The position numbers were made by a program, and so were the translations under genes. This document shows, one piece after another, positions 50,749 to 60,944 of a stretch of DNA of 62,498 nt. The stretch's first letter is position 1; the number at the start of each line of letters is the position of its first letter. The notes under the pieces are model-generated. The model was not told the DNA's origin, did not search any database, and worked only from the letters and a program-made list of their open reading frames with translations. Source of the DNA: a virus (Duplodnaviria > Caudoviricetes); the IMG/VR virus record IMGVR_UViG_3300037840_000097, positions 1-62,498 of that record. One strand, written 5' to 3'.

Positions 50749-53583
50749 TTGACTCAGTGGGAAACGCTGTATAGTAGTTTTCCGCAGTGGGCAGACAAGA
50801 TCCCAACCTCCAAACCAGAGGAATACAAAATCCTCTGTCCCTTTCACAAGGAAAGTACTCCGTCGTGTGCGGTAGACCTCACCACAGGTAACTGGCATTG
50901 CTTTGGAAAGTGTGATAGGGGCGGATCGGTAGAAGAGGTACAGGCTCTCTTAGGACAACTCCCTAATGGGAAGCGTAAAGAGAAATCTGTACTTCCTCCT
51001 ATTCCTCAGACCATTGTAGATGGGTATCATGCCCAGCTCTTGCAGAACAGTGCTGCTAAACAGTTATTATTAGACAAATGTGGAATTACCGAAGCCACAG
51101 TTCTTAAATATTCCCTCGGATGGACTGGTGAGCGTTATGTGTGGCCAGTGTTTGATGAACATGGCTTGGTACGCAATCTACGGATGTATAAGTATGGGGA
51201 CACATCTGGTAGTAAAGTAATCCACTACACCACAACAATAGAAGAAGAAAAAGTCAGTTACGGGTCTCATAATCTTCGACTGTTTCCCATTCAAGCATTG
51301 CAAAACGATCCCCAAGTAGTATTTTTAGTAGAGGGCGAGAAAGACGCTCTCAATATGAACCAGGCAGGATTTGCTGCCGTATCTGCAACTGGAGGTGCTG
51401 GAAGCTGGCAACCCGATACCTGTAATCTACCACTGCGTGGCAAACATGTCATTATTTGCTACGATGTTGATGAGAAAGGGAAACTAAGTGCTAGGAAAAT
51501 TGCGCAACTTTTACGTCCAATCGTCGCCTCAGTTACTGTCTACGATCTTCCTTCTGATGGTTTACCTAGTCACGGCGATGTTACTGATTTTCTTCTACTT
51601 ATACCTACATCATCTGAGCAGCTTCACGCCGTTATCACCAAAGTACTTGCAGGCTCAGACGAAGCCACGGCTCTCTCGTTATATTCATTGGGAGACACTA
51701 AGAATCCGGTCTACAATAACAAACTCCTTAATGTCGATGCACACGTTGTTGGAAAAGAAACAACACCATACACAGCGGACCGGGGCTACAACATTGCATG
51801 CCCACAATCCAGAGGGAATGTTTGCAAGAATTGTGGACTAGGTAGCACAGAAAGTGGTACACTTGATCTTTTTATAGGTTCAGATTCAAAGGACTTATTA
51901 TACACAATTGAGCGTACAGACGTACAAGTGCGAGCGTTTATAGCTGAACAAGCAGGTATAGTACGGTGTCCCCTCTGGACGGCTGAACCAGTCGAAGCGA
52001 TGCGGTCCTCAGTTGAAAAGATTCTACTATCTACAACTATCGACCAACGTAAATATGATGGGTCCTCAGAGTACGTTCAGCAAATGGCTTATGTGGTAGA
52101 CACCCCAATCACATCTAATAGTGTCTACACCATGCTTGGTCGCATGACTACACATCCAAGAGACCAAGCTAATACATTCATCATCACAAAGGCTACAACT
52201 TCAAAACTATCCATCGATACTTTCGAAACCACACCTGAAGTCTTTGAAGCCTTGCAATTCTTTCAACCAAAAAATAAAACAGTGGAGTCTATCATTGATA
52301 GACTGCGTGAAAGATGGGATGATCTCTCAGCCAATGTTACTAAGATCTATAAACGTCGAAATATTCACATCGTCACAGACCTTGTTGCCCACAGTCTCCT
52401 ACGATTTGAAATTTTTGGGTCTGTCCCAGACCGAGGCTGGCTCGAAGGCTATATTGGTGGAGATACACGACAGGGAAAGTCCGAAGTATCCAAACGACTC
52501 CACCAACATTATAAAGCGGGTGAACTCGTTGTTGCAGAAAATGCTAGCCTGTCAGGTATACTCGGGGGCGCTCAAAAATTGGCTAACGGAGAATGGATGG
52601 TCTCATGGGGAAAGTGTCCTCTTAACGATAGGGGATGGGTAACATTCGACGAATGTCAAAACATCTCCCTTATGGTCATGGGAGCTTTATCAGGTATGCG
52701 GTCGTCTGGAGTTGCTGAAATAGACAAAATCAGGGTAGAAAGAGTTCAGGCACGCACGAGACTTCTTTGGCTGTCAAATCCTCGTAGTGAAAATCTAAAT
52801 GTTGATCAACTCGCCCAGGGAGTCCAGTTAGTTCCTGACGTGTTTGGTCGGGCAGAGGATATTGCACGCCTTGACTTGATATCTATAGTTCGTTCCGTAG
52901 ATATGCCGAGCAGCGTACTACGCTCCAATCTCAAGGTAGAACACACTCATACTTCCGAACTCTGCCATCTTTTAATCATGTTTGCTTGGTCCCGCACTTC
53001 TGGTCAAGTGATATTCACTGAAGAAGCCTCGGAAGAGTGTATGTCTTCAGCAGAACGCATGGCAGAGAAGTACCACTCAGACATTAAAGTGGTGGAGCGA
53101 ATGGAGCAGCGAGTAAAGATGGCTCGTATTTCTGCTTCTATTGCAGCACTTTGCTTCTCTTCACCAGATGGTGTAAAGCTTATTGTGGATCGCATTCATG
53201 TATTAGCGGCTGAACAGTTGTGCTATGAACTCTTTGATGATCCTGCTGTGGGTTACAATGAATATGCTCTGAGTTGTCAGAACGCTGAAGATGTGAGAGA
53301 TTCTTCAGGAGTATTAAACTGGTGCAAAGATAAACACGAAGAATTGCTTAGAGCCCTTCTACAGCAACGTGAACTGCGACTCTTTGATTTGCAGAATTAT
53401 GCTAATCTTGACCGCGAACGAGCTCAGTCAGTTATGTCCTATCTCGTAACCCAGCGAGCCATAGTTTTACGCGGAGGGAACTATGTAAAGAGTTCTGGGT
53501 TCGTAAAAATCCTACGTACCGCTTTAGACAAACACATGTTTTCTTCGAACGGAGCACTGAATGGATCGGCCAAAGATTACTGA
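50749..53583 (+). CDS. DnaG-type primase (CHC2 zinc finger plus TOPRIM) fused to MCM-like AAA+ helicase
   Basis: CPFH.E.TPS..HCFG.C; VEGEKD, YD.D..G; GDTRQGKS, VTFDE, LSNP, ARLDL. Confidence 0.85.
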   Translation: MTQWETLYSSFPQWADKIPTSKPEEYKILCPFHKESTPSCAVDLTTGNWHCFGKCDRGGSVEEVQALLGQLPNGKRKEKSVLPPIPQTIVDGYHAQLLQNSAAKQLLLDKCGITEATVLKYSLGWTGERYVWPVFDEHGLVRNLRMYKYGDTSGSKVIHYTTTIEEEKVSYGSHNLRLFPIQALQNDPQVVFLVEGEKDALNMNQAGFAAVSATGGAGSWQPDTCNLPLRGKHVIICYDVDEKGKLSARKIAQLLRPIVASVTVYDLPSDGLPSHGDVTDFLLLIPTSSEQLHAVITKVLAGSDEATALSLYSLGDTKNPVYNNKLLNVDAHVVGKETTPYTADRGYNIACPQSRGNVCKNCGLGSTESGTLDLFIGSDSKDLLYTIERTDVQVRAFIAEQAGIVRCPLWTAEPVEAMRSSVEKILLSTTIDQRKYDGSSEYVQQMAYVVDTPITSNSVYTMLGRMTTHPRDQANTFIITKATTSKLSIDTFETTPEVFEALQFFQPKNKTVESIIDRLRERWDDLSANVTKIYKRRNIHIVTDLVAHSLLRFEIFGSVPDRGWLEGYIGGDTRQGKSEVSKRLHQHYKAGELVVAENASLSGILGGAQKLANGEWMVSWGKCPLNDRGWVTFDECQNISLMVMGALSGMRSSGVAEIDKIRVERVQARTRLLWLSNPRSENLNVDQLAQGVQLVPDVFGRAEDIARLDLISIVRSVDMPSSVLRSNLKVEHTHTSELCHLLIMFAWSRTSGQVIFTEEASEECMSSAERMAEKYHSDIKVVERMEQRVKMARISASIAALCFSSPDGVKLIVDRIHVLAAEQLCYELFDDPAVGYNEYALSCQNAEDVRDSSGVLNWCKDKHEELLRALLQQRELRLFDLQNYANLDRERAQSVMSYLVTQRAIVLRGGNYVKSSGFVKILRTALDKHMFSSNGALNGSAKDY

Positions 53584-54001
53584 TGTGGTAGCCACCGGGA
53601 GCTATGCTGAGTGGGTTATGTACGTTAAAGATTTTCATAAAAATAGGTTAAAATACAATCATCCCACACACCCTGTAACCGAAATCAGCTCAGAAATGCT
53701 TGAAGAGCATTTGGGCTACTTACAAGAAGAGATCAATGAAATCGAAGTAGCTGAAACTGTTGAAGATTTAATAGATGGACTAGGTGATTTAATCTATTAT
53801 GCCATAGGGTGTGGGTTACAGCATGGAGTAGACTTAGGACCTATTATTTCTGAAATACATTACAGTAACATGGAAAAAGTGCATAATCCTAATGCAGACC
53901 CTTACACCAAACGAGTGACTAAACCACCAAACTGGAAACCACCACGCATTCTAGAGATTTTAGAAGAAATGCGTCAACCAGGTGAGGAGATACCCTTTTG
54001 A
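53561..54001 (+). CDS. MazG-like (all-alpha) NTP pyrophosphohydrolase
   Basis: LQEEINE, DGLGDLIY, EIHYSNMEK, KPPNWKPP. Confidence 0.9.
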   Translation: MDRPKITDVVATGSYAEWVMYVKDFHKNRLKYNHPTHPVTEISSEMLEEHLGYLQEEINEIEVAETVEDLIDGLGDLIYYAIGCGLQHGVDLGPIISEIHYSNMEKVHNPNADPYTKRVTKPPNWKPPRILEILEEMRQPGEEIPF

Positions 54002-54573
54002 TTATCATCGAAGGCTGCGACCTGGTAGGTAAGACTACCCTCGCCAAGCACATCGAAAAGCGGTTTCAAGCTAGTTATAAACATGTGGGTTTACCAGTTC
54101 CTCCCCGCCGACATTGGGATGACGTTGTTGATCATCTATCAAATGACTTTGGGGCAACGGTGTATGATAGGCTTTGCTTAGGGTCCATTGTCTACGGGAA
54201 ACTGCTCCATGATGAGCCTAATAAATACCCTGTCAACGAACGTGAATTTGGGCAATTTCTCCAAGTAGTCCAAGCAGAAAATATCTTACTCATTATGGCT
54301 TCTGCAAACGAAACTGTAATTCGTACTCGATACAGGCAACGCGGAGACACATATTTAAGCTTGGAAAATATACTACAGGCCAAGGCTGGATATGAACAAC
54401 TTATACAAGTTTTGATGAAAAATCAGAAAATCACCATGCTCCACTACAACAGTGGATTGTTTGATTGTGTAACGTTCAGTATGGTGTACGAGTTTGAAAT
54501 TCGCATGGCTTTAAAAGAAAATCGCCGGTTGAGTCCACCTTTTGTGAAAGCTATTCTCCGAGAGGAATTCTAA
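53998..54573 (+). CDS. dNMP (thymidylate-like) kinase
   Basis: IIEGCDLVGKTT, YDR, RGD. Confidence 0.88.
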   Translation: MIIIEGCDLVGKTTLAKHIEKRFQASYKHVGLPVPPRRHWDDVVDHLSNDFGATVYDRLCLGSIVYGKLLHDEPNKYPVNEREFGQFLQVVQAENILLIMASANETVIRTRYRQRGDTYLSLENILQAKAGYEQLIQVLMKNQKITMLHYNSGLFDCVTFSMVYEFEIRMALKENRRLSPPFVKAILREEF

Positions 54574-55442
54574 TGTACGTAGGTACAAGTCTTGCTGATG
54601 TTTATCAGATACTTCTAGACGAGATGCTTGGCGCAGAGCCAGTCGAGGGGTATAAAGATACTACAGCAGAGATTCTTAACGCAAGTATAGTTATCACGGA
54701 ACCAAACAACAACCTACTAGCAAACAAGGGTAGACGGTTTAATTACCGTTACCAAGTAGCCGAGATGCTGTGGAATGCGCAGCCCTGCGAGTTTGTGAGT
54801 CTGTTAAGCTATGTGTTTCCTGGGGTTACTAAATATGTTGAAGATCAACCAGAAGATCTTCGTGACATTGCGAACTGGTCATACGGTAGAAGTGTATCTG
54901 CTGGGCTCTGTACTTGTTTTGATGAACTGACGCGTGACCCAGAGTCCCGCCGAGCAGTTATCAGAGTTGAGGTACAGCATCCGTTTGTACCTGGTACCCC
55001 TCCCTGTTTAGTAAGTATACAGTTCATGGCGCGGCAAGGAAAGCTCCACGCATTTGTAAACATGCGATCTAACGATGTGTGGAGAGGATTTCCTCTTGAC
55101 GTGTACCAGTTTTCTATGTGGCAACTCATCATGGCTTCTGCCTTGAGACTCGAAGTAGGTCACTACTACCACACTGCTGCTACTCTTCACTTATACGAGC
55201 GGGATCGTTTGGCTATTGAGAAATTCATAGCTGAAGAAACTAGCAATGTTCGAAGTACTACTCCAGATGTATCAGCTCTTACAGATTTCAGAAGAAATTT
55301 AGTTGGAGAGTCTATGTCTACGCGGAGATTAAATACAGAACTCCAAGGAATTAGACCCTGGTTAGCCTGTTACTTTGGAATCATGGATGAAGCTCCTCCA
55401 GAATTTCAATACTTATTAACAGGAGGTTACGGAGTATGGTAA
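54573..55442 (+). CDS. Thymidylate-synthase-family enzyme, predicted dCMP (hydroxy)methyltransferase type
   Basis: SRRAV, PPC, MRSND, HLY; Asp (GFPLD) at the E. coli ThyA Asn177 position. Confidence 0.85.
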   Translation: MYVGTSLADVYQILLDEMLGAEPVEGYKDTTAEILNASIVITEPNNNLLANKGRRFNYRYQVAEMLWNAQPCEFVSLLSYVFPGVTKYVEDQPEDLRDIANWSYGRSVSAGLCTCFDELTRDPESRRAVIRVEVQHPFVPGTPPCLVSIQFMARQGKLHAFVNMRSNDVWRGFPLDVYQFSMWQLIMASALRLEVGHYYHTAATLHLYERDRLAIEKFIAEETSNVRSTTPDVSALTDFRRNLVGESMSTRRLNTELQGIRPWLACYFGIMDEAPPEFQYLLTGGYGVW

Positions 55443-57409
55443 GTTGGGACACAGTTGTAGTTGATCAAACCAACTACGAAGGGTGTCTCACTACAATAGA
55501 GGACCAAGAGTACTTGGCCCTGGACACTGAGACAAATGGGCTTCATTGGGCAGTAGGACATCGTCCATTCATGATGACCTTTTGCACAGATTTTGAAACG
55601 GTCTACGCTTGCTACAACAAGAACATAGCTGCTACCATTCTACAAACTTGCTTAGATAAGACCTGGGTCTTTCATAATGCTAAGTTTGACTTACACATGT
55701 TGAGAACATGGACGAAGTGGAGTCCCAAGGACTACACCAAGCTCAACATTGAAGATACGATGCACGCCTTCAGAACACAATATCCTTTAGCTTCAGCTAA
55801 ACTCAAGGTTGCAGCTATGAGATACTTGAAGGATGTCATAGATGTAGATGGTCCTGAGCAACAGGTTAAGCAATGGTTATCAGCCCATGAGACAAAGGCA
55901 AGAATTAATGGAAAGTGGATAAAGACCAATAATCTAACGTATGAGGATGTTCCGAGGGAACTTATGTTGCCGTACGCGGTGCAAGATGTGTGGATGACCT
56001 TGCATTGTATGTACAAGTTAGCAGAAGAACGCTCGGTACGGCAAGATACGAATTATCGGCGTGAACTAACCCTTGTGAAACTTCTCACCCATATGGAGAA
56101 ACATGGGTGGCATGTAGATTACGAAACGCTCATGGCGGAACTTAAAATTTCTGAAGTGGAGTTTGTCAAGGCTCTTGAAGAGTTTCAAGTAATTGCGCCT
56201 GGTTTGAATATTGGTTCGCCACTACAGTTGCGGAAATTCTTGTATGAGACTCTAGGCGAGCAGCCTAAGCATTTTACCATCAAAACTAACCTACCATCTA
56301 CGGATAGTGCAGCCCTTCATGACGTGGAACACAAAACTGAGGCTGAAATTATCACGCGAGCACGCGGGTGGAAAAAGGCCAGAGACAAGTATAAAGAGAT
56401 ATTCACGTTCCTGGGAGGCGACGGCGCGGTTCACACAAATTTGAAGCCCGAACGGGCTAAGACAGGTCGATTCGGATCGTCTGACCCCGCTCTGCAGAAC
56501 GTTGTAAATCCGAAGAAAGGGTTGGATTTCACGCGAGTGCGTGGGGTGTTTCGCCCGCCGCCGGGGCGCGAATGGCTCTTTGCTGACTACTCACAAATTG
56601 AGCTACGCCTCTTTGCCCATTTCACCGGGGACCCTTCGATGATAGATGCGTATCTGAATGATAAAGACATGCATCGATTAACAGGGTCACGCATTTATGG
56701 GCGGTCGTTAGAAGAAACTACAGACGTACAGCGCAGCCACGGAAAAACAGTAAATTTCGCCCGTATCTATGGTGCGGGAGTCAAGAAAATTGCTAATGCT
56801 CTGCAATTTGGGTCTGCTCAAAATGATCCAGTGCCATACGCTGAAGCCCAACAAGCTCTGTTGATATTTATTCCAGAGTCAAGTGCTCAAGCCTTGAGTG
56901 AACCTTACATACCACTAGCACGCTGTATCCATCAAGCGTATAGTAGAGAGTTTCCCAAGGCTAATGAATTTATTGACGGTGTCATACAGACTGTCAAGGA
57001 TCGATATGTACAGTATGGACAGGGATTTGTGCGTACAATCCTAGGTAGAGTCATTCCGACTCCCCTGGATAGAGCGTATGCTGGATGCAATTATATTATT
57101 CAGGGATCGGCGGCTGATCTTCTGAAAGATGCTATGATGCAATCCTGGATCAAGTGCCTGGAGTATGCTAGCATTCATGGTCTCACGCCGTGGGTGGATA
57201 TAGCTGAAGTCATTAGTATTCACGACGAGCTTGTGTATGAAATTCCTGAAGGTCACGCTCGGAGTCTGGCAGAATTTCTGTACCCCACCCTCACAAACTG
57301 GACCCAGCTTAAGGTCCCAATAGACTTAGATTTCAAATGGGTCCCCCAAGGAGAATCCTGGATGACGAAACAATCACTGAAAGTGAACAAGGTCAGACAT
57401 GTTAGTTGA
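55436..57409 (+). CDS. polA: Family A DNA polymerase with 3'-5' exonuclease
   Basis: DTET, HNAKFD, YAVQD, TGRFGSSDP, DYSQIELR, K..NF..IYG, IQGSAAD, IHDE. Confidence 0.96.
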   Translation: MVSWDTVVVDQTNYEGCLTTIEDQEYLALDTETNGLHWAVGHRPFMMTFCTDFETVYACYNKNIAATILQTCLDKTWVFHNAKFDLHMLRTWTKWSPKDYTKLNIEDTMHAFRTQYPLASAKLKVAAMRYLKDVIDVDGPEQQVKQWLSAHETKARINGKWIKTNNLTYEDVPRELMLPYAVQDVWMTLHCMYKLAEERSVRQDTNYRRELTLVKLLTHMEKHGWHVDYETLMAELKISEVEFVKALEEFQVIAPGLNIGSPLQLRKFLYETLGEQPKHFTIKTNLPSTDSAALHDVEHKTEAEIITRARGWKKARDKYKEIFTFLGGDGAVHTNLKPERAKTGRFGSSDPALQNVVNPKKGLDFTRVRGVFRPPPGREWLFADYSQIELRLFAHFTGDPSMIDAYLNDKDMHRLTGSRIYGRSLEETTDVQRSHGKTVNFARIYGAGVKKIANALQFGSAQNDPVPYAEAQQALLIFIPESSAQALSEPYIPLARCIHQAYSREFPKANEFIDGVIQTVKDRYVQYGQGFVRTILGRVIPTPLDRAYAGCNYIIQGSAADLLKDAMMQSWIKCLEYASIHGLTPWVDIAEVISIHDELVYEIPEGHARSLAEFLYPTLTNWTQLKVPIDLDFKWVPQGESWMTKQSLKVNKVRHVS

Positions 57410-57803
57410 GTTACGAAAAGCACTAGCTAAACTGATCTACAAACCTACTTGTGTATTAGATACACAAATCACTGTTAGAAATTTTGTGGCTCCTGAACAT
57501 GAAAATCTAGCTAAGGTAGCTGCTGACTTATTTCAGGCTGAAATGAAAATTCAGCTTCCGGAATACTCAGGATTTTTCTCCTTTCGCAGTCCCATTGACC
57601 GAATGGGACAACTTATTTCTATATCTGGTGCTGCTCACCTTCCAGATGAAATTCCGCCGTTAGCCTCTTGGGATAGCTTTATTGTGTACCATGATATTAG
57701 TTTGTTCCAAGACAAACAAGAAGTAGAGAAGCAAGTCTTATTTCTAACAGCTGACTTAGTAGCTAGGTTAGTTCAGAAAGTTAAAAATGCCAGCAAACAG
57801 TAA
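57399..57803 (+). CDS. Hypothetical protein
   Basis: Overlaps both neighbours in operon. Confidence 0.55.
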   Translation: MLVELRKALAKLIYKPTCVLDTQITVRNFVAPEHENLAKVAADLFQAEMKIQLPEYSGFFSFRSPIDRMGQLISISGAAHLPDEIPPLASWDSFIVYHDISLFQDKQEVEKQVLFLTADLVARLVQKVKNASKQ

Positions 57804-58644
57804 AGCTGGCTATGCTCTCTATAATTTAGACCCACATTTTAACAGAACACTACTCAAAAATCACAGAGATTTGTTTGCACATGAACTTCGCTGGCAATAC
57901 ATATCGTCTCAGCTGCAACCCGAAGATGATGCACCCGAACCTTTTTGGGATTATGAAGATCGAGACGCACGTGAAGACTACGCGCCTTCAATGATAAAGT
58001 ACACACTTTTCGCCAAGCTCATGGTAGGAGTAGCAATGACAAGCACATTTGTGGATCTCGGGTGTGGGCCAGGGGCGTACATGGGTAGATTTCTCTACTC
58101 CAATCGTCGTAAAGTTGAACATTACATTGGAGTAGACTACAGAGAACCCAAACCTGACTACAAGCCACACTTCCCAGCTGACTTCATGAAGGGTGACGTC
58201 ACGGAATGGAAGACGTACGAGACAGTGTTAGCACTGCTCGGAGAACGTAAACCAGACATCATTTCCACCCTTGAAGTCATCGAACACATGAGCAAAGAAA
58301 AAGGAATCATGTTCCTTGACAACATACAAAAACTGGCAGCCCCCTACACAACTATCTTCCTTTCTACACCTTGCCACGACAACGTGCATCTACCCCACGA
58401 CCACGTTTATGAGTGGCAACACGCAGAGCTCAAGGAAGAACTCGAAAAGAGATTCACAATCGAAGCCAATTACGGGACATTCGCTTCGCAGAAAGACATT
58501 AAACATGTCTTAACTCCCGCCGAACACGAAGTCTTTGAGAGCCTTTCTGAATATTACGATGCAAGTATGTTGAGTACTATTTTTGCTCCGATGCACCCAG
58601 CAGAATCACGGAACAGTATCTGGAGGCTCCGTCTTGCTGAATGA
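57787..58644 (+). CDS. Class I SAM-dependent methyltransferase with Hen1-like motifs
   Basis: DLGCGPG, YIGVD, LEVIEHM, LSTP, HDHVYEW. Confidence 0.85.
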   Translation: MPANSKAGYALYNLDPHFNRTLLKNHRDLFAHELRWQYISSQLQPEDDAPEPFWDYEDRDAREDYAPSMIKYTLFAKLMVGVAMTSTFVDLGCGPGAYMGRFLYSNRRKVEHYIGVDYREPKPDYKPHFPADFMKGDVTEWKTYETVLALLGERKPDIISTLEVIEHMSKEKGIMFLDNIQKLAAPYTTIFLSTPCHDNVHLPHDHVYEWQHAELKEELEKRFTIEANYGTFASQKDIKHVLTPAEHEVFESLSEYYDASMLSTIFAPMHPAESRNSIWRLRLAE

Positions 58645-59041
58645 ATACATAGTGCTAGTACGTACTTGGAATGAAGATGATACCCATTTACCATCAGTAA
58701 AGAAAGCTATCAACAATCTACTAGTGCAATTTGGAATGGTACCAGGAGTTGACTTTGTTGTTGAGATAGCAGGCATTACCGACCCACTCCGTAACGAAGC
58801 TCAAAGCGATTCTGATATCATCTCCAACCCACAACTTAAGCTGCTACGCTGGAAACTTGAAACTTTAGTTAAGCTGACCCCAAGGGCAGTTGATGCTGAT
58901 TACCACCAAAGAGTGCTAGATGTAATCAAGGTAGCTAACATCGAAATAACTGAACACGACCAAGGATTGACGAAGATCACTAAGCAACGCGCGTCGCAAC
59001 TCATTGACAGCGTCATTGAGTTAATTGGAGAAATAGAGTGA
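58583..59041 (+). CDS. Hypothetical protein
   Basis: In operon; C-terminal ITK..ASQLID; true start probably near 58634. Confidence 0.55.
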   Translation: MLRCTQQNHGTVSGGSVLLNEYIVLVRTWNEDDTHLPSVKKAINNLLVQFGMVPGVDFVVEIAGITDPLRNEAQSDSDIISNPQLKLLRWKLETLVKLTPRAVDADYHQRVLDVIKVANIEITEHDQGLTKITKQRASQLIDSVIELIGEIE

Positions 59042-59466
59042 AAATATACATAGCCAGTAGCCTATCTAACAAAGATAGAGTTATGGCTCTTTGGTTAAAC
59101 CTATCTACAGCTAACCCTAAACTAGAGTGCACCTACAAGTGGTTCGAAGTGGGAAAAGTAGACTCTTCGCAGTGGGCTGATATTAGTATCAAGGAATACT
59201 ACGGAGTTGTAGCAGCTGATATCTTTCTCCTGCTCCTCCCAGGCAAGAAAGGCTCCTACACCGAGTTTGGCGTGGCGCTTGCGTCGGTGCCGAATGTCTT
59301 TGTTGCTGGAGAACTCAGTGACTTCCAAGAGACACCAGAAGGTGACTACCCGTCCATCTTTTTATTCCTACCAACCGTAAAACGTATTGCGTATGATGGC
59401 ACGTACGACGATTTACTAACTGCTGTCCAGAAGGGAATCGATTCATGCCACGCTTCGTTGCGCTAG
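59038..59466 (+). CDS. Nucleoside 2-deoxyribosyltransferase-like N-glycosidase (DNPH1/MilB superfamily)
   Basis: KIYIAS, GVVAAD, GSYTEFGVALA. Confidence 0.8.
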   Translation: MKIYIASSLSNKDRVMALWLNLSTANPKLECTYKWFEVGKVDSSQWADISIKEYYGVVAADIFLLLLPGKKGSYTEFGVALASVPNVFVAGELSDFQETPEGDYPSIFLFLPTVKRIAYDGTYDDLLTAVQKGIDSCHASLR

Positions 59467-59699
59467 TCTCGTACGAGTCAGATGTAATACTGACCGATGA
59501 ACATGATGATACTCTGACCAAAGCTTTAGCTGAATTCGGGGCACGAAAAATCAGTGTAGTATTGTCAAAGTATATTGGTGCAGGAGATCATGAATTTGTG
59601 AAGTCACAGACTCCTGGGTTACAGGAGCGTGAAATTTGTGTGAAATGTCTTAAGTCCAAGGCTAAAGCAGCTTCTTCGTGTCCGGGAATTCAAGAGTGA
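59445..59699 (+). CDS. Small hypothetical protein with H..C..C..C cluster
   Basis: Coupled ORF. Confidence 0.5.
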   Translation: MPRFVALVSYESDVILTDEHDDTLTKALAEFGARKISVVLSKYIGAGDHEFVKSQTPGLQEREICVKCLKSKAKAASSCPGIQE

Positions 59700-60610
59700 A
59701 TATACTCGAAAAGTTCCCCACACACACGGAAAGATACTATGCATGGATATACGAACGTCAGTCTATGTGGTATAAACGATACATGCTAAAAATCCCACCT
59801 CCTTGGACTGATGATCCTATCCTTGACAAGTTTAGATTCACAAATAGCTATCGAGAGTTGGATCGTGGAACACTGTACGCCAAGCAGGTAGTACTGTTGG
59901 CAGATAACTTAGAACAGTGCTTTATGCAAGTATTGTGCTACCGATTGTTTAATAGAGTGGAAACGTACGACAAAGTGTTTCGTAAACACTACATGAGTGG
60001 AGCTTTGGATTGGAAGGAAATACACACTGAGCTTATAGAGCTTCATGAAAAGAAACCTATTTTCACCCGTGCTCATGTATTACCTACATTTGGAGCACGA
60101 AAAGCCAATGGTGAAACTAAGCTAGAAAAAGTTATTGAGATGCTGCAAGATGTGGAGTCCCATTTAACTCCAATCATCCATGATGTGTTCGACAATACGA
60201 CCTTCGAAGAAGCCCACCGTGCACTTCAAAAAGTAGATAACCTCGGAGACTTCCTTGCCTACGAGGTTCTTACCGACTTAGCTTACACTAACCTAGTAAG
60301 CTTTAACGAGGATGATTGGGCGAATGCAGGTCCTGGGGCGCGCGACGGGCTACGTCTACTGTATCCAGAGTCTACAAAAACACGCATCGAGTACATGCGA
60401 GAACTCCAAGCCAACCAAAACTTCATGTTTCACAGCTTGGGTCTACCGTTGTGGCACGTTGCTGGGCCTAAGGTTCACTCATCTCGACTCACACTCAGAA
60501 ATATAGAAGGGGGACTTTGTGAGTACTTCAAATACAACCAGTGCGTGGAAGGTCATTTTTCTAATCGACTACCTTATTCGCTTGGTGAAGCTTATGTTTG
60601 GCAACAATAA
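59696..60610 (+). CDS. 5-hydroxymethyluracil DNA kinase-like protein (aGPT-Pplase1 / HMUDK helical family)
   Basis: ERQ..W.KR....PPPWTDDPIL..FRFTN.YRE.DR, YRLFN, GDFLAYE...DL, GPGA..GL, IE..LCE..KY. Confidence 0.85.
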   Translation: MNILEKFPTHTERYYAWIYERQSMWYKRYMLKIPPPWTDDPILDKFRFTNSYRELDRGTLYAKQVVLLADNLEQCFMQVLCYRLFNRVETYDKVFRKHYMSGALDWKEIHTELIELHEKKPIFTRAHVLPTFGARKANGETKLEKVIEMLQDVESHLTPIIHDVFDNTTFEEAHRALQKVDNLGDFLAYEVLTDLAYTNLVSFNEDDWANAGPGARDGLRLLYPESTKTRIEYMRELQANQNFMFHSLGLPLWHVAGPKVHSSRLTLRNIEGGLCEYFKYNQCVEGHFSNRLPYSLGEAYVWQQ

Positions 60611-60944
60611 GATCTTCAAACCATGTATCGTAATTAATTAATTTAGGCCCATTCCATAAAGTAGACACCCAAAAACTTCTCTGAGAAGTTTTTGTGAGAA
60701 TAGCTGCAAATCCGCCAGCATTTTCAATGTTAATCAAGGTCAACTGTTGAATAGCTTCAGCTTTCGTATCCGCTTTCAACTCCAACCCAAAAGGCATTGA
60801 TCTATATATCCCAACCACATCAGGAATACCCGCCACCTGGTCGATAGGTAAGTAAAACCATAAAGGCTCCCCTTGGAGCCTTTTTTCTTCGAGCGTGTCA
60901 GCTATAAACTGCTTGAATTTACCCTCTGGGGTAGAGCGAGCCAT
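60561..60944 (-). CDS. VRR-NUC / PD-(D/E)xK nuclease
   Basis: PEG, AGIPD, LELK, Q......AGG. Confidence 0.85.
   Translation of the reverse strand: MARSTPEGKFKQFIADTLEEKRLQGEPLWFYLPIDQVAGIPDVVGIYRSMPFGLELKADTKAEAIQQLTLINIENAGGFAAILTKTSQRSFWVSTLWNGPKLINYDTWFEDLIVAKHKLHQANKVVD

Noticed and set aside
54573-55442. Plain thyA annotation
   Set aside because: Asp instead of Asn at the specificity site, RSND motif and the modification-gene context.
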